The notes beneath the pieces are model-generated. The model was not told where the DNA came from. It searched no databases and saw only the letters and a list, made by a program, of their open reading frames with translations. Shown here one piece after another: positions 11,079 to 19,459 of a stretch of 64,000 nucleotides of DNA. Origin of the DNA: Planctomycetota bacterium (GTDB lineage: Bacteria > Planctomycetota > E44-bin39). The stretch's first letter is position 1; each line of letters opens with the position of its first letter. The stretch is taken from assembly GCA_004376375.1 (NCBI GenBank), contig SOJX01000009.1:17570-81569 (forward strand), given 5' to 3'. A program made the translations under genes and the position numbers.

Positions 11079-11518
11079 GCTATTCTGAAGTATATTAACG
11101 CCAAATGAATCCTAAAATGGTACTCTTAACCTATGCTGCAGGTCTAATGGCTCCATCAATATCCCAGGCCTTCGAGGCCAATGATTCCTTGAGTTTTATT
11201 ATCATATTGCCATCATAGTATCACGTCAATATCTCGGCTGCGGCTCGGAGTTGCCCCCATGTCAGCGGCCTTCTCAGGTAATTCATAACCGAGCTTTCAT
11301 TGCCCAAGCCAAGGTCATAGGACTTCAAAAAATCATACCATTGTCGCAATGTTTCCAGGGCTTGATGTTGCGGCAATATTGGACATGGTTCCGGAGAGCA
11401 GTGGGCGGCCTTTTCGGTGCTTGCGAGCATGACACGGTCAAGTAGAGTCCACCAGGAGTCCGCAGCTACCCGCCTCCAGTGTCTTTCCGCTACACCGTGA
11501 TTCCTTCCTTGCGGTCAA

Positions 11519-12775
11519 CTATGTAGGAAGCAGGAACACCTCGGTGCTTGCTCCCATCGTCGCCACAATCGGAGGACGTTCGTCCTCAATAGACTCTTCA
11601 CTAGGCTTGCTTATGTGAACGTTTAGCAGACGCAACCGTTGATCTGGATGCAGATCAAATCGGAGATTTAAGGTTCGCAACAGAATGGGGCCGCCGGCCT
11701 TCAAGTCTGATGGGGATTGCACCACACCGTCCCAACTGCTGGGTCCGTGTTGACCTGAAAGCTTGATCTGAAGGTCGGCAAACCGACCCTTCGAGGGGTC
11801 TCTGTCTTCGCCCTGGCGGCGGGCATTCCACTGCCAATACTCCTCGCACAGGTGTCGTACGGCGCAGTACTTACAGTTCTCTGCACTTGGTCGCGCCTCA
11901 GGCGGATCAGCCCGGAGATCAGCAAGTGCTGCCGCGGTTCGCTCCTTGAGTTCATCCTCCAGAGAGCGAAGTGCACTGGCCCCTGGGACCGGCACCTCGA
12001 CGTCGCTCTCGTCGTATGAAAGCACGAGTTTGTCTGCAAGTCGGCCCGAGGGGTTCAGATCGCGATCCCGGGCCCAGAGCAGTGCGTACGTCCGAAGTTG
12101 GAACTTGTGCTCCTCCTTCGGAGTCCCAGTCTTGAAGTCTCGGATCTCGCACCAGGTTGGTGAAAGCGTGAGCAAGTCCGCGACACCAAGCCACCCCAAT
12201 TCGGATGCCTGGAGTTCGACCTCTGTATGAGAGCCATGCTGTAGCTCATACCGGAATTCCGCCTCCGGGTGCGTGGTGGGACACCCGGGCCTAGCAACAC
12301 GAGACTCGGGATGAATGCGAGACAAGAACCTCTGAACCCGTGAACGAAGTTCTGGAACTCGGGCAGCAAGCTGATGGCGAATCCCGTCAAGGACTGGAGC
12401 CGCTCGTGGATTTCCGTCGTATGATCGAAGCGCACGTTCCAGGCTACTCCGAATGATTGCCGTATAGCCGCCGAGTTCTCTTAGCGTGCAGATCGCGCTT
12501 TCGTCTACCAACGAGGTGCATCCGCATTCTACAAGAGCCTTCGTGATTTTCTGTAGGGCCAAATGAACGACCGTTCCTTCAAGCGCTGCTGATTGTGGTG
12601 GACGAGGGTACCCGCGGTGTTTCCATACGTCTGGATACACCGCGGTGCTCAGCGCCCACCGTCTCGGACAAGCCTCCAAATCCGAAAGCGTGGAGAAGGA
12701 CATCCACAGCGGTGCTTCGGACCACGCCGATGGGCATGACACGTGCCAAATACTCGTGCTGCTGTTTCCAGACAT
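11519..12775 (-). CDS. Cas4/RecB-family PD-(D/E)xK nuclease with predicted Fe-S cluster
   Basis: 418 aa. RecB-nuclease motifs GVADLL (motif II) and EIRDFKTG (motif III), plus QLRTYALL (QxxxY). N-terminal Cys (EACPRRW) plus C-terminal CKYCAVRHLC (CxxCx5C) gives the four-Cys Cas4 pattern. Starts 5 nt after the upstream helicase gene. Confidence 0.8.
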   Translation of the reverse strand: MSGNSSTSIWHVSCPSAWSEAPLWMSFSTLSDLEACPRRWALSTAVYPDVWKHRGYPRPPQSAALEGTVVHLALQKITKALVECGCTSLVDESAICTLRELGGYTAIIRSSLERALRSYDGNPRAAPVLDGIRHQLAARVPELRSRVQRFLSRIHPESRVARPGCPTTHPEAEFRYELQHGSHTEVELQASELGWLGVADLLTLSPTWCEIRDFKTGTPKEEHKFQLRTYALLWARDRDLNPSGRLADKLVLSYDESDVEVPVPGASALRSLEDELKERTAAALADLRADPPEARPSAENCKYCAVRHLCEEYWQWNARRQGEDRDPSKGRFADLQIKLSGQHGPSSWDGVVQSPSDLKAGGPILLRTLNLRFDLHPDQRLRLLNVHISKPSEESIEDERPPIVATMGASTEVFLLPT

Positions 12776-12780
12776 CGCAC

Positions 12781-15700
12781 CTACCCGATCTGCGAGATAA
12801 GATCGCTCGTTGCCTTCGGCAGGTTTCTCCGTATGACTAATTCGTCACAGAGTAACACTGGGATTGAAAGACAGAACTCTTTGAGGTTTCTGAGTGCATC
12901 GTCAGGAGGATCGTCAGGCGTGAGGGGTCCATAGATGCCGATGATGAATTCGGAGTTGTCGGCTCGCTTCACATAGATGGGAGCGGTTACTGTGCCAAAC
13001 CCAGACAACGTGAGAACCCGATTCCGTTCAATAGTCACTCCTTCAAGGTTCTGCCGACGGAGGTCCTGAAAGAGCAATTCGGTAGACGCGGTAAGCCGCG
13101 CGGAATCCAGGGTGGGATAGGCCCCATGAATTAGGAATCGCAGAAGACTCGCGCCAACGTGGCGATCCAGCAGATCGTGCTCGAACTTGTTTTTGTAACT
13201 CCGCAAGCAACGATAGCAGGAGCGATCACAATTCTCTAGGCAATTTTCGAGAATACGTAGAGCTTCCTCAAAAACCGCTTCGCCCAAGTCACCGACACGG
13301 CGCACGAAACCGGCACCACCTGGGAGCGTGTCGTAGATGTAGATCTCCGCCTCGCGTCCCTCCCGGCCTGCCTCCGTCAGCGCTGGCCGGTATTCGGCCT
13401 GCAGTTCTTGCGCTTCCAGCCCAAGCAGACCGCACCCCGCCTTCGTCAGCGCCTCAGCGACCGTTCTCAACGCCACGTCGGTAGCGAGAAGGCCAGATGC
13501 CAGCATCACGGGCGCTTCGACCCGAAGAGAAATCAGCAGCACATCGGTGATGAAGTCCGTGCCAAGCACGAGGCCTTTGGTCGCCCGACCCCCTGCACAG
13601 TTCGGATCTCGATCATCTGGGTACGGCTTCGGGTGGGCTGCAGCGACGGTTCCCTTCGGTGCCGCCGTAGGCTCGATGCGGCCGCAGCGCGTGCAGTAGG
13701 TGTAGCCTTCCTGACGCGGCCCTCGGTTGGTTACGAGCAGGTGCTGCCGCATGTGGTGGAGACGTATCCTGTCGTTGATATCGCTCCACTCGTCTGGGTC
13801 AGCCGGGGTCGACGCCGTTAGCTTGGCGCGAGTAGCGTAGCTTCGCGCTGGCTGGTCGTCGGGGGTTGTGCCCTCGTCGCGATCCACTGGGTGCGCGAAC
13901 CCGGGTGGACGCATCCAATAGCGCGCCGGACCGAAGGTACCCTCGCTCCCGCACGCCTCGCAGTCACGGGACTCCCCGCGAGTGCCTTCGCCGAGCGGCA
14001 AAGTGCGTGCGTACCTGCAATAATTGCACTCATAATAGAGGCGACGGCGCTGCCACGCGTTGAAACGGTCGTCTTTCATCGGGGAATAGATAGCGCCCGA
14101 TGTCCACAGCTTGCTTGCGATCCACACCTCCTTCCCCGGCGCGTACTGCGACAACGCTACGGGCAGCCCTTGGGACGGCGTGAAACGGAAAGCGGGGCGG
14201 GACCACTTGCTCGCATCGGGGTCGAAGACGTGGAAGGTTGCCACATCGGTCGGAAAGGCATACCGTGGAAGCACTCCCTTGTAGAGGAGACGGTCCAACA
14301 GATTTCCTGACGCAGGATTTCGCCCTGGCCGCTCCTCTCCCACTTCGTCGCTAATCTCCAGGGCCGTTGCCTCCTCACCTTTGGAACTGTCATCAGCCTT
14401 GTCATTCTCGGAGGCCCCTGCATCATCGAGATTTGTTCCTTCCGCGGGCTGGTAGTCGATGGCGGCATCGATTGCCGCCATCGTGTCGTCGACGATTCCA
14501 TCGAGCAGCAAGTCGCGATCCTTTGAAGTGATCTCGGATGGGAGCCACCCAGACACGTCCGCCTTCAGCGCTTCGGCGTTAGACGCAAGCCACTTCGCGA
14601 GGCCCTGCCTGTTCAGAATTGTATCTTCCCTCTTGAAGTCGGACACCGTACCTAACACGGCGAAGAGATGAAGTTGATCTTCCGGAGCGATGTCCGGCAA
14701 TCTCCACTGATGGTAGCGCTGGAGGAGGTACGCCGTGAGGTGGCGACGGATAATATCCAGGTTGTCGAGCGTTAACCTGGGATCAACAACATCTCCGCTG
14801 ATCATTTCATCCGGGTGCGTGAAGTAATGTTCATCATGGCTGTCGGCACTGCCAAACGCGGTGACGGTCGCGACTGCGTTCCCCCGCCGTCCAGCTCGAC
14901 CTGCTCGTTGCTGGTAGTTCGCTCGCGCCGGTGGCATGTTACGTAGCGAAACACCGGTCAATGAGCCAATGTCGATGCCCACTTCCATCGTTGTGGTACA
15001 CGAGAGTACGTCGATAGCCGGGCGATCCTGACCCTTCTCATCGGGACCAAGGTCGATGTCCTGGAACAGCAATTCATGCTCCTCGGCTTTCGAGAAAACC
15101 TCCTCGGCTTGGGCCGCATTGAGTTGAGCAGTATGCTCTGCTGCAATCAAGGCCATCGGAGGCGTCGGCGGGTCCTCCAAAGCGCAAATCGTGCTCGCCC
15201 GGTAATACCCTTTGCGAGCTGCGAATACGGAGTCCGTATCGGGGTCGATTAATATAGCGGAGTCATGTCCGCAGTTCACACAGCGATTGCTGCCAGGGAA
15301 TGGCCGCTGCGTTGTTCGACAGGCCTGACAGTACGCCCAGTCATCGCCAATTAGAAGGGAGAGTTCCCCGCCCTTGAGGCGGCGCTTGTTGGCAGGCATC
15401 GGCTCGGTGAAGAGTTGCAGCAGAGTCGGAAGCCAACTCTTTTCGAAGACCTTCCGGGCGGCCTTCTCGACCAAGCGCCGCTCCATCTTACGGAAACTGC
15501 CTGAACGTGACTTGACTTCATTCAGCCACCAGCCATGGGGCATCCGGCTGAGCCAGAAGCCTGCGCGCTGCCAGCACCGCAGCCATGCGCGGGCAAGCGC
15601 GAGCTTCTGCTCCGTCGTGGTAGCTACATCAGGTACGTCGGGAAGGGCTTGGATCGCGGGCGAGTGTGCAACTCGCTCGACGATTGATGCGAGCGCGAGA

Positions 15701-18339
15701 GACTCCAAGCCGTAAAACCTGTCCGTGAGGCATTTCGTGATGCCGCGAAGCAGTGCCTCGGGCGGTGGCTCATTGCGGACAGTCATGAACAGTTCGAAGA
15801 GCCCGGCGTCAGTACCGAGGGCACCATTTTGGATTTTCTGTTCGACAATCTCTTCGGCGTGAAAGCTCTCGCCGACCTTGAGTTCTGGACGCAGCCTCAC
15901 GCCGAGTTCCTTCGCCGCGATGAGGACCGCCAAGTATAACTCCTCCAGAGAGATGTGTTGGGCGAGGAGAGCAGACTGCTGCAGACGGGCGAATCCAGCG
16001 ACAACCAGAGGGCGGAGGGCGTCCTGTGTAGAGTAGGTCTGCACGTTAGGCGCAAGGCGAGCAGCGGTCTGCCGAGAGTCAGAGAAGATCAGCACCTTCC
16101 GCCCACGAAGCGGTGCGAGCTTTGTCGGCGCGGTCGCGTTGGGAGGCTGAACCTGTAGCTGCCTTGCGATCAGCGCTTGGAAGGGTTGGTCGCCCTTGGT
16201 CTGGTGATCCTGGACGGACGAGCGGCCGAACGCCGCCGACTCATCACAGACAGCGCACGGAATGAACTCCCCACCACGAGTGGCAGACCCCGACGCGTCG
16301 GCGTTTGTGACTGGCGCTCGATTTCGGCGGATGAAAACCTGCCTCACGCGTTCGCCGAGCACCTGAGGGTTTAGACGCCCCGTGACGAGATCATAGTCGG
16401 CGGGCTCCACGTCCGCAATGACGGGCTGCTCTAGCAAAAGGTCCAGCGGTTCGAGTTCATCGAACAGCCCCAATAGCGTGCGAAATGCGCCACCCGCCTC
16501 GGCCCACAGAAAATCCGGCTCGTCCAGATCGTCCGTGTATGCCCGGCCATACGCACTGCCGCAGTTTCGGCAAGTGTAGAATTCCAATACCCGGGCTCCG
16601 CACTCACAGGCATCTCGAGGCTGGCTAAACAGCTTTCCACAGGGCCCACCGCGCTGTTCAGGCTCCAAAGCCGAACAATCCGCATCCATGCAGACCCACA
16701 GGCCTGCGAGTCCGCGGTAAAATGAGTGGACGCGGCATGGTAGGAGTCCAGGTGCTGTCAGGTCCGTGCGCGCGAGGCTGCCCAGCGCGATCAGTGTCGT
16801 CACGGCGCGAGCAGCGGTCGGAGCCTCCACGTCTTTGAAAAGTTTCTCCCCGAGCGTCTCAACCGGCTGCGCCGCCGTCATCGTGATGTTGATCAGGCGC
16901 GCCATTGGCGGGTAGTGTTCCAAAGCCGCGTACAGCGATGGCCCGAGGGTCCACGGTGGCTTCACGCCTCGATACTCCAGGAACACGGCTACCCTCTCAA
17001 GGCGCTCCTGGTCCGACTCGGCAGCGTAGAAGGCGTCCAAATTAACCGCGCACAATGCCTCGGCGTCCTGTCGAGTGCCCACACCCTCGGCTTCTCGGAG
17101 GTATAGTTGGCCTGGCACAGTCTCGAACTCGGCCGTCGCCTTGCCGGTAAGTTGGGCTCCGAAGACAGAGGCGTAAGCTTCGTCCTGAAAGCTCGCGCTG
17201 GTGCAGATCACCTGAAGGCGCTCAGGCGATATACCGAGCCTAGAACGGAGGCGACGGACCAAGAGCGCGACCTCCGCTCCGGCTGCCCCCCGATACAGGT
17301 GCGCCTCGTCGAGCACCAAGAGCAGCCGCTCGTCGGAGTTCGCGCGAAGCCACGCCCGGGTCTTGTCGAAGATCGGGCGCTCGAGCGGCCTCATGAGCAT
17401 GTACTCGAGCATCGAGTAGTTCGTAACCAAGATGTCCGGCGGTGTCTCATGGACTTCATGCCGCGTGAACAGTTCCGGATCGTCCGGTAGTGTCACGCAC
17501 CGCTTGAATTTTCCCGTCTTTCCGTCTCTCCACCTGGAACCCTTCTTCCCGTACCAAGCAAGAAGGTCGGGTTTCGCGGGCCACTTGCCCCGCTTCTTGA
17601 ATTCTTCCACGAGTTTCTCTGCGGCCCTCTGTTCTTCCGACGGGGGACCGGTTGCCTGCTCCAGGTAGCGGACGTAGTAGTGGCCGATGGCGCTGAGCCG
17701 AGTTTGATCCTTCTTTTCGCTCCGCACTCCAGGATATAGTGTGCGGCTCGTATATCGCGCAAATCTGGCGGGGCGACCTGACCACGCCATGAACTTGTGG
17801 ACGATTCGCTGATCTCCAAACAGAAGCCGCAGCCGCCCGAGTTGGTCGTTCACCAGCGCATTCATCGGGTAGAGTACAAGCGCTCGAACTGCTGGCGTGG
17901 ATTTGAACTGCTCGCCTTTTTCGCGCGCTTCCTTGGCCAGCTTGCCCAAGATCGGGAGCAGAAAGCACTCCGTCTTCCCAGAGCCGGTGCCCGTCATCAC
18001 CACGAGGCTACGTCCGTCAACAAGGCACTTCTTCACCGCCGCAGCCTGGTGCTGATAGGGCGGATCGTGGATGAGCTTCGGCAGATCCCCGGAGGACATG
18101 GTCACCGCGCTGAACATCTCCAACACTGAACCTGGGAGCCCGAGGTCCGCGAAGGCCGCGCCGGATCTGTACCGGAGCGTGCTCTCCAAGTAGGGACGCT
18201 GGGAAATGACACCAGGCTGGCTGAGCAATTCCCGACGCTGAGCGACAAGCGTGGGATGGCTCACATGGTACGTCGCTTCGATGTAGTCGCGCAACGCAGC
18301 GTGAAGCTGATCGACGGTCTCTCCTATGGTCAGGGGCAT
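12781..18339 (-). CDS. Giant SF2 DEAH helicase with multiple Zn-ribbons and a C-terminal DUF1998-like Cys cluster (DruE/DrmA-like)
   Basis: 1852 aa. Q motif PYQHQ, motif I MTGTGSGKTE, motif II LVLDEAHLY, motifs V/VI TTTMEVGIDIG...QQRAGRAGRRG. Several CxxC pairs in a roughly 750-aa insert and at the C-terminus (YYECNYC...CEAC, ENCLENCDRSCYRC). Confidence 0.75.
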   Translation of the reverse strand: MPLTIGETVDQLHAALRDYIEATYHVSHPTLVAQRRELLSQPGVISQRPYLESTLRYRSGAAFADLGLPGSVLEMFSAVTMSSGDLPKLIHDPPYQHQAAAVKKCLVDGRSLVVMTGTGSGKTECFLLPILGKLAKEAREKGEQFKSTPAVRALVLYPMNALVNDQLGRLRLLFGDQRIVHKFMAWSGRPARFARYTSRTLYPGVRSEKKDQTRLSAIGHYYVRYLEQATGPPSEEQRAAEKLVEEFKKRGKWPAKPDLLAWYGKKGSRWRDGKTGKFKRCVTLPDDPELFTRHEVHETPPDILVTNYSMLEYMLMRPLERPIFDKTRAWLRANSDERLLLVLDEAHLYRGAAGAEVALLVRRLRSRLGISPERLQVICTSASFQDEAYASVFGAQLTGKATAEFETVPGQLYLREAEGVGTRQDAEALCAVNLDAFYAAESDQERLERVAVFLEYRGVKPPWTLGPSLYAALEHYPPMARLINITMTAAQPVETLGEKLFKDVEAPTAARAVTTLIALGSLARTDLTAPGLLPCRVHSFYRGLAGLWVCMDADCSALEPEQRGGPCGKLFSQPRDACECGARVLEFYTCRNCGSAYGRAYTDDLDEPDFLWAEAGGAFRTLLGLFDELEPLDLLLEQPVIADVEPADYDLVTGRLNPQVLGERVRQVFIRRNRAPVTNADASGSATRGGEFIPCAVCDESAAFGRSSVQDHQTKGDQPFQALIARQLQVQPPNATAPTKLAPLRGRKVLIFSDSRQTAARLAPNVQTYSTQDALRPLVVAGFARLQQSALLAQHISLEELYLAVLIAAKELGVRLRPELKVGESFHAEEIVEQKIQNGALGTDAGLFELFMTVRNEPPPEALLRGITKCLTDRFYGLESLALASIVERVAHSPAIQALPDVPDVATTTEQKLALARAWLRCWQRAGFWLSRMPHGWWLNEVKSRSGSFRKMERRLVEKAARKVFEKSWLPTLLQLFTEPMPANKRRLKGGELSLLIGDDWAYCQACRTTQRPFPGSNRCVNCGHDSAILIDPDTDSVFAARKGYYRASTICALEDPPTPPMALIAAEHTAQLNAAQAEEVFSKAEEHELLFQDIDLGPDEKGQDRPAIDVLSCTTTMEVGIDIGSLTGVSLRNMPPARANYQQRAGRAGRRGNAVATVTAFGSADSHDEHYFTHPDEMISGDVVDPRLTLDNLDIIRRHLTAYLLQRYHQWRLPDIAPEDQLHLFAVLGTVSDFKREDTILNRQGLAKWLASNAEALKADVSGWLPSEITSKDRDLLLDGIVDDTMAAIDAAIDYQPAEGTNLDDAGASENDKADDSSKGEEATALEISDEVGEERPGRNPASGNLLDRLLYKGVLPRYAFPTDVATFHVFDPDASKWSRPAFRFTPSQGLPVALSQYAPGKEVWIASKLWTSGAIYSPMKDDRFNAWQRRRLYYECNYCRYARTLPLGEGTRGESRDCEACGSEGTFGPARYWMRPPGFAHPVDRDEGTTPDDQPARSYATRAKLTASTPADPDEWSDINDRIRLHHMRQHLLVTNRGPRQEGYTYCTRCGRIEPTAAPKGTVAAAHPKPYPDDRDPNCAGGRATKGLVLGTDFITDVLLISLRVEAPVMLASGLLATDVALRTVAEALTKAGCGLLGLEAQELQAEYRPALTEAGREGREAEIYIYDTLPGGAGFVRRVGDLGEAVFEEALRILENCLENCDRSCYRCLRSYKNKFEHDLLDRHVGASLLRFLIHGAYPTLDSARLTASTELLFQDLRRQNLEGVTIERNRVLTLSGFGTVTAPIYVKRADNSEFIIGIYGPLTPDDPPDDALRNLKEFCLSIPVLLCDELVIRRNLPKATSDLISQIG

Positions 18340-18373
18340 CCGAAACCTCCTTTTGACACTTCCGCTTCGCGCC

Positions 18374-19459
18374 TCAACTTATTTCCGTGAGCCATGCGTA
18401 TTCCTTAAGGAAGCGGACCTCCTCGTCAATCTCGTTTTCTCTAAGCCTATAGGAGAACAGGCATCCTGAAGACAAGATGGGGACTCCGACAACATTCCAT
18501 TTCCTCCTCACCCACATCGGAAGAGGTGAGAAGAAGTCGACTACCTCCGTGCCATTGGGCCCGGGCCGAACTCTGAAGATCTGGGGAGTTCCTTGCTCAT
18601 AGTCGATGGCTGCCTGTATTCTCCAGGCCTCGTCACATCCTCGCCAGGTATTGCTCTTCAGCGGAAGATCCACAAACCTGATGGGGTTACCGTCCTTGAC
18701 CTTAACATAACACCAGAGATCCGCCCCATAGGCTTGCGCACGACGGCCAACAAACCGCCCGGTATGGGTTGTCGATTCGACCCAGCGACCTCGGTAGTAT
18801 CGAACGGATCGTCCTGGGTCAAGCAGTACCAACCCTGGAACGTCTCCACCTACCGGTGCGGCATCCAGTAAGCGATTCATTCGCCCAAGATACTCGGCGG
18901 CGGCTTCCGCTTTCGGAGCTTTCAACCATGCGCTGCTCGACAGTTCAATCCAGCCCAACTCTCCCAATTGATCTGCGAACTTTGTTCCTGCGTTGGGTGG
19001 CAGTACTCGAATGTGGTTTATATACTCGACACATTCCACGACTTCGTCAGGGAGTAGAGATACGTCGTCGGGCAGGATCCCCAAGATGACAACCGCGCCA
19101 CTTTGACGTCGCACAAAAGCTGGTGGAGCGAGGTACAGGAGGGCTTTGCACCCGCTACTTTCCTCCTGGCTCGTGTCCGTCAGCTCGAGGAGGTCTCCAT
19201 GCCCGACAAGTGCTTCAAGCGTATCCTCGACCGTCCGTTGTAACTCGTCCAGGTCATCGACCAAGCTCCGAAGAGGTTCAACGACCGCATGGATGAGGGT
19301 ACGAGCAGAACACGGGCACAGGAACCCTGCGGCACGCCGGAGGCAACACGAAACTGCTTCCACGCTGCTGAGATCCAAAGCACTAGGATCGAGGCCCAAC
19401 GCCTCAACCGATGCCTGGTGAACCTCCGCTGTCGATAGAGCTTTCATTCCCATGCCCAC
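18374..19459 (-). CDS. hypothetical protein (third gene of the five-gene operon; DruD-like by position and size only)
   Basis: 361-aa ORF. Tight operon spacing: 16-nt overlap upstream and 34-nt gap downstream. No recognisable motif. Confidence 0.5.
   Translation of the reverse strand: MGMGMKALSTAEVHQASVEALGLDPSALDLSSVEAVSCCLRRAAGFLCPCSARTLIHAVVEPLRSLVDDLDELQRTVEDTLEALVGHGDLLELTDTSQEESSGCKALLYLAPPAFVRRQSGAVVILGILPDDVSLLPDEVVECVEYINHIRVLPPNAGTKFADQLGELGWIELSSSAWLKAPKAEAAAEYLGRMNRLLDAAPVGGDVPGLVLLDPGRSVRYYRGRWVESTTHTGRFVGRRAQAYGADLWCYVKVKDGNPIRFVDLPLKSNTWRGCDEAWRIQAAIDYEQGTPQIFRVRPGPNGTEVVDFFSPLPMWVRRKWNVVGVPILSSGCLFSYRLRENEIDEEVRFLKEYAWLTEIS

Noticed and set aside
11079-11518. 69-aa minus ORF (11221..11430) and 64-aa plus ORF in the convergent intergenic region between the two helicase systems
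   Set aside because: No RBS and no motifs. They sit at a GC transition and are possibly a decayed gene fragment, but they cannot be supported as coding.
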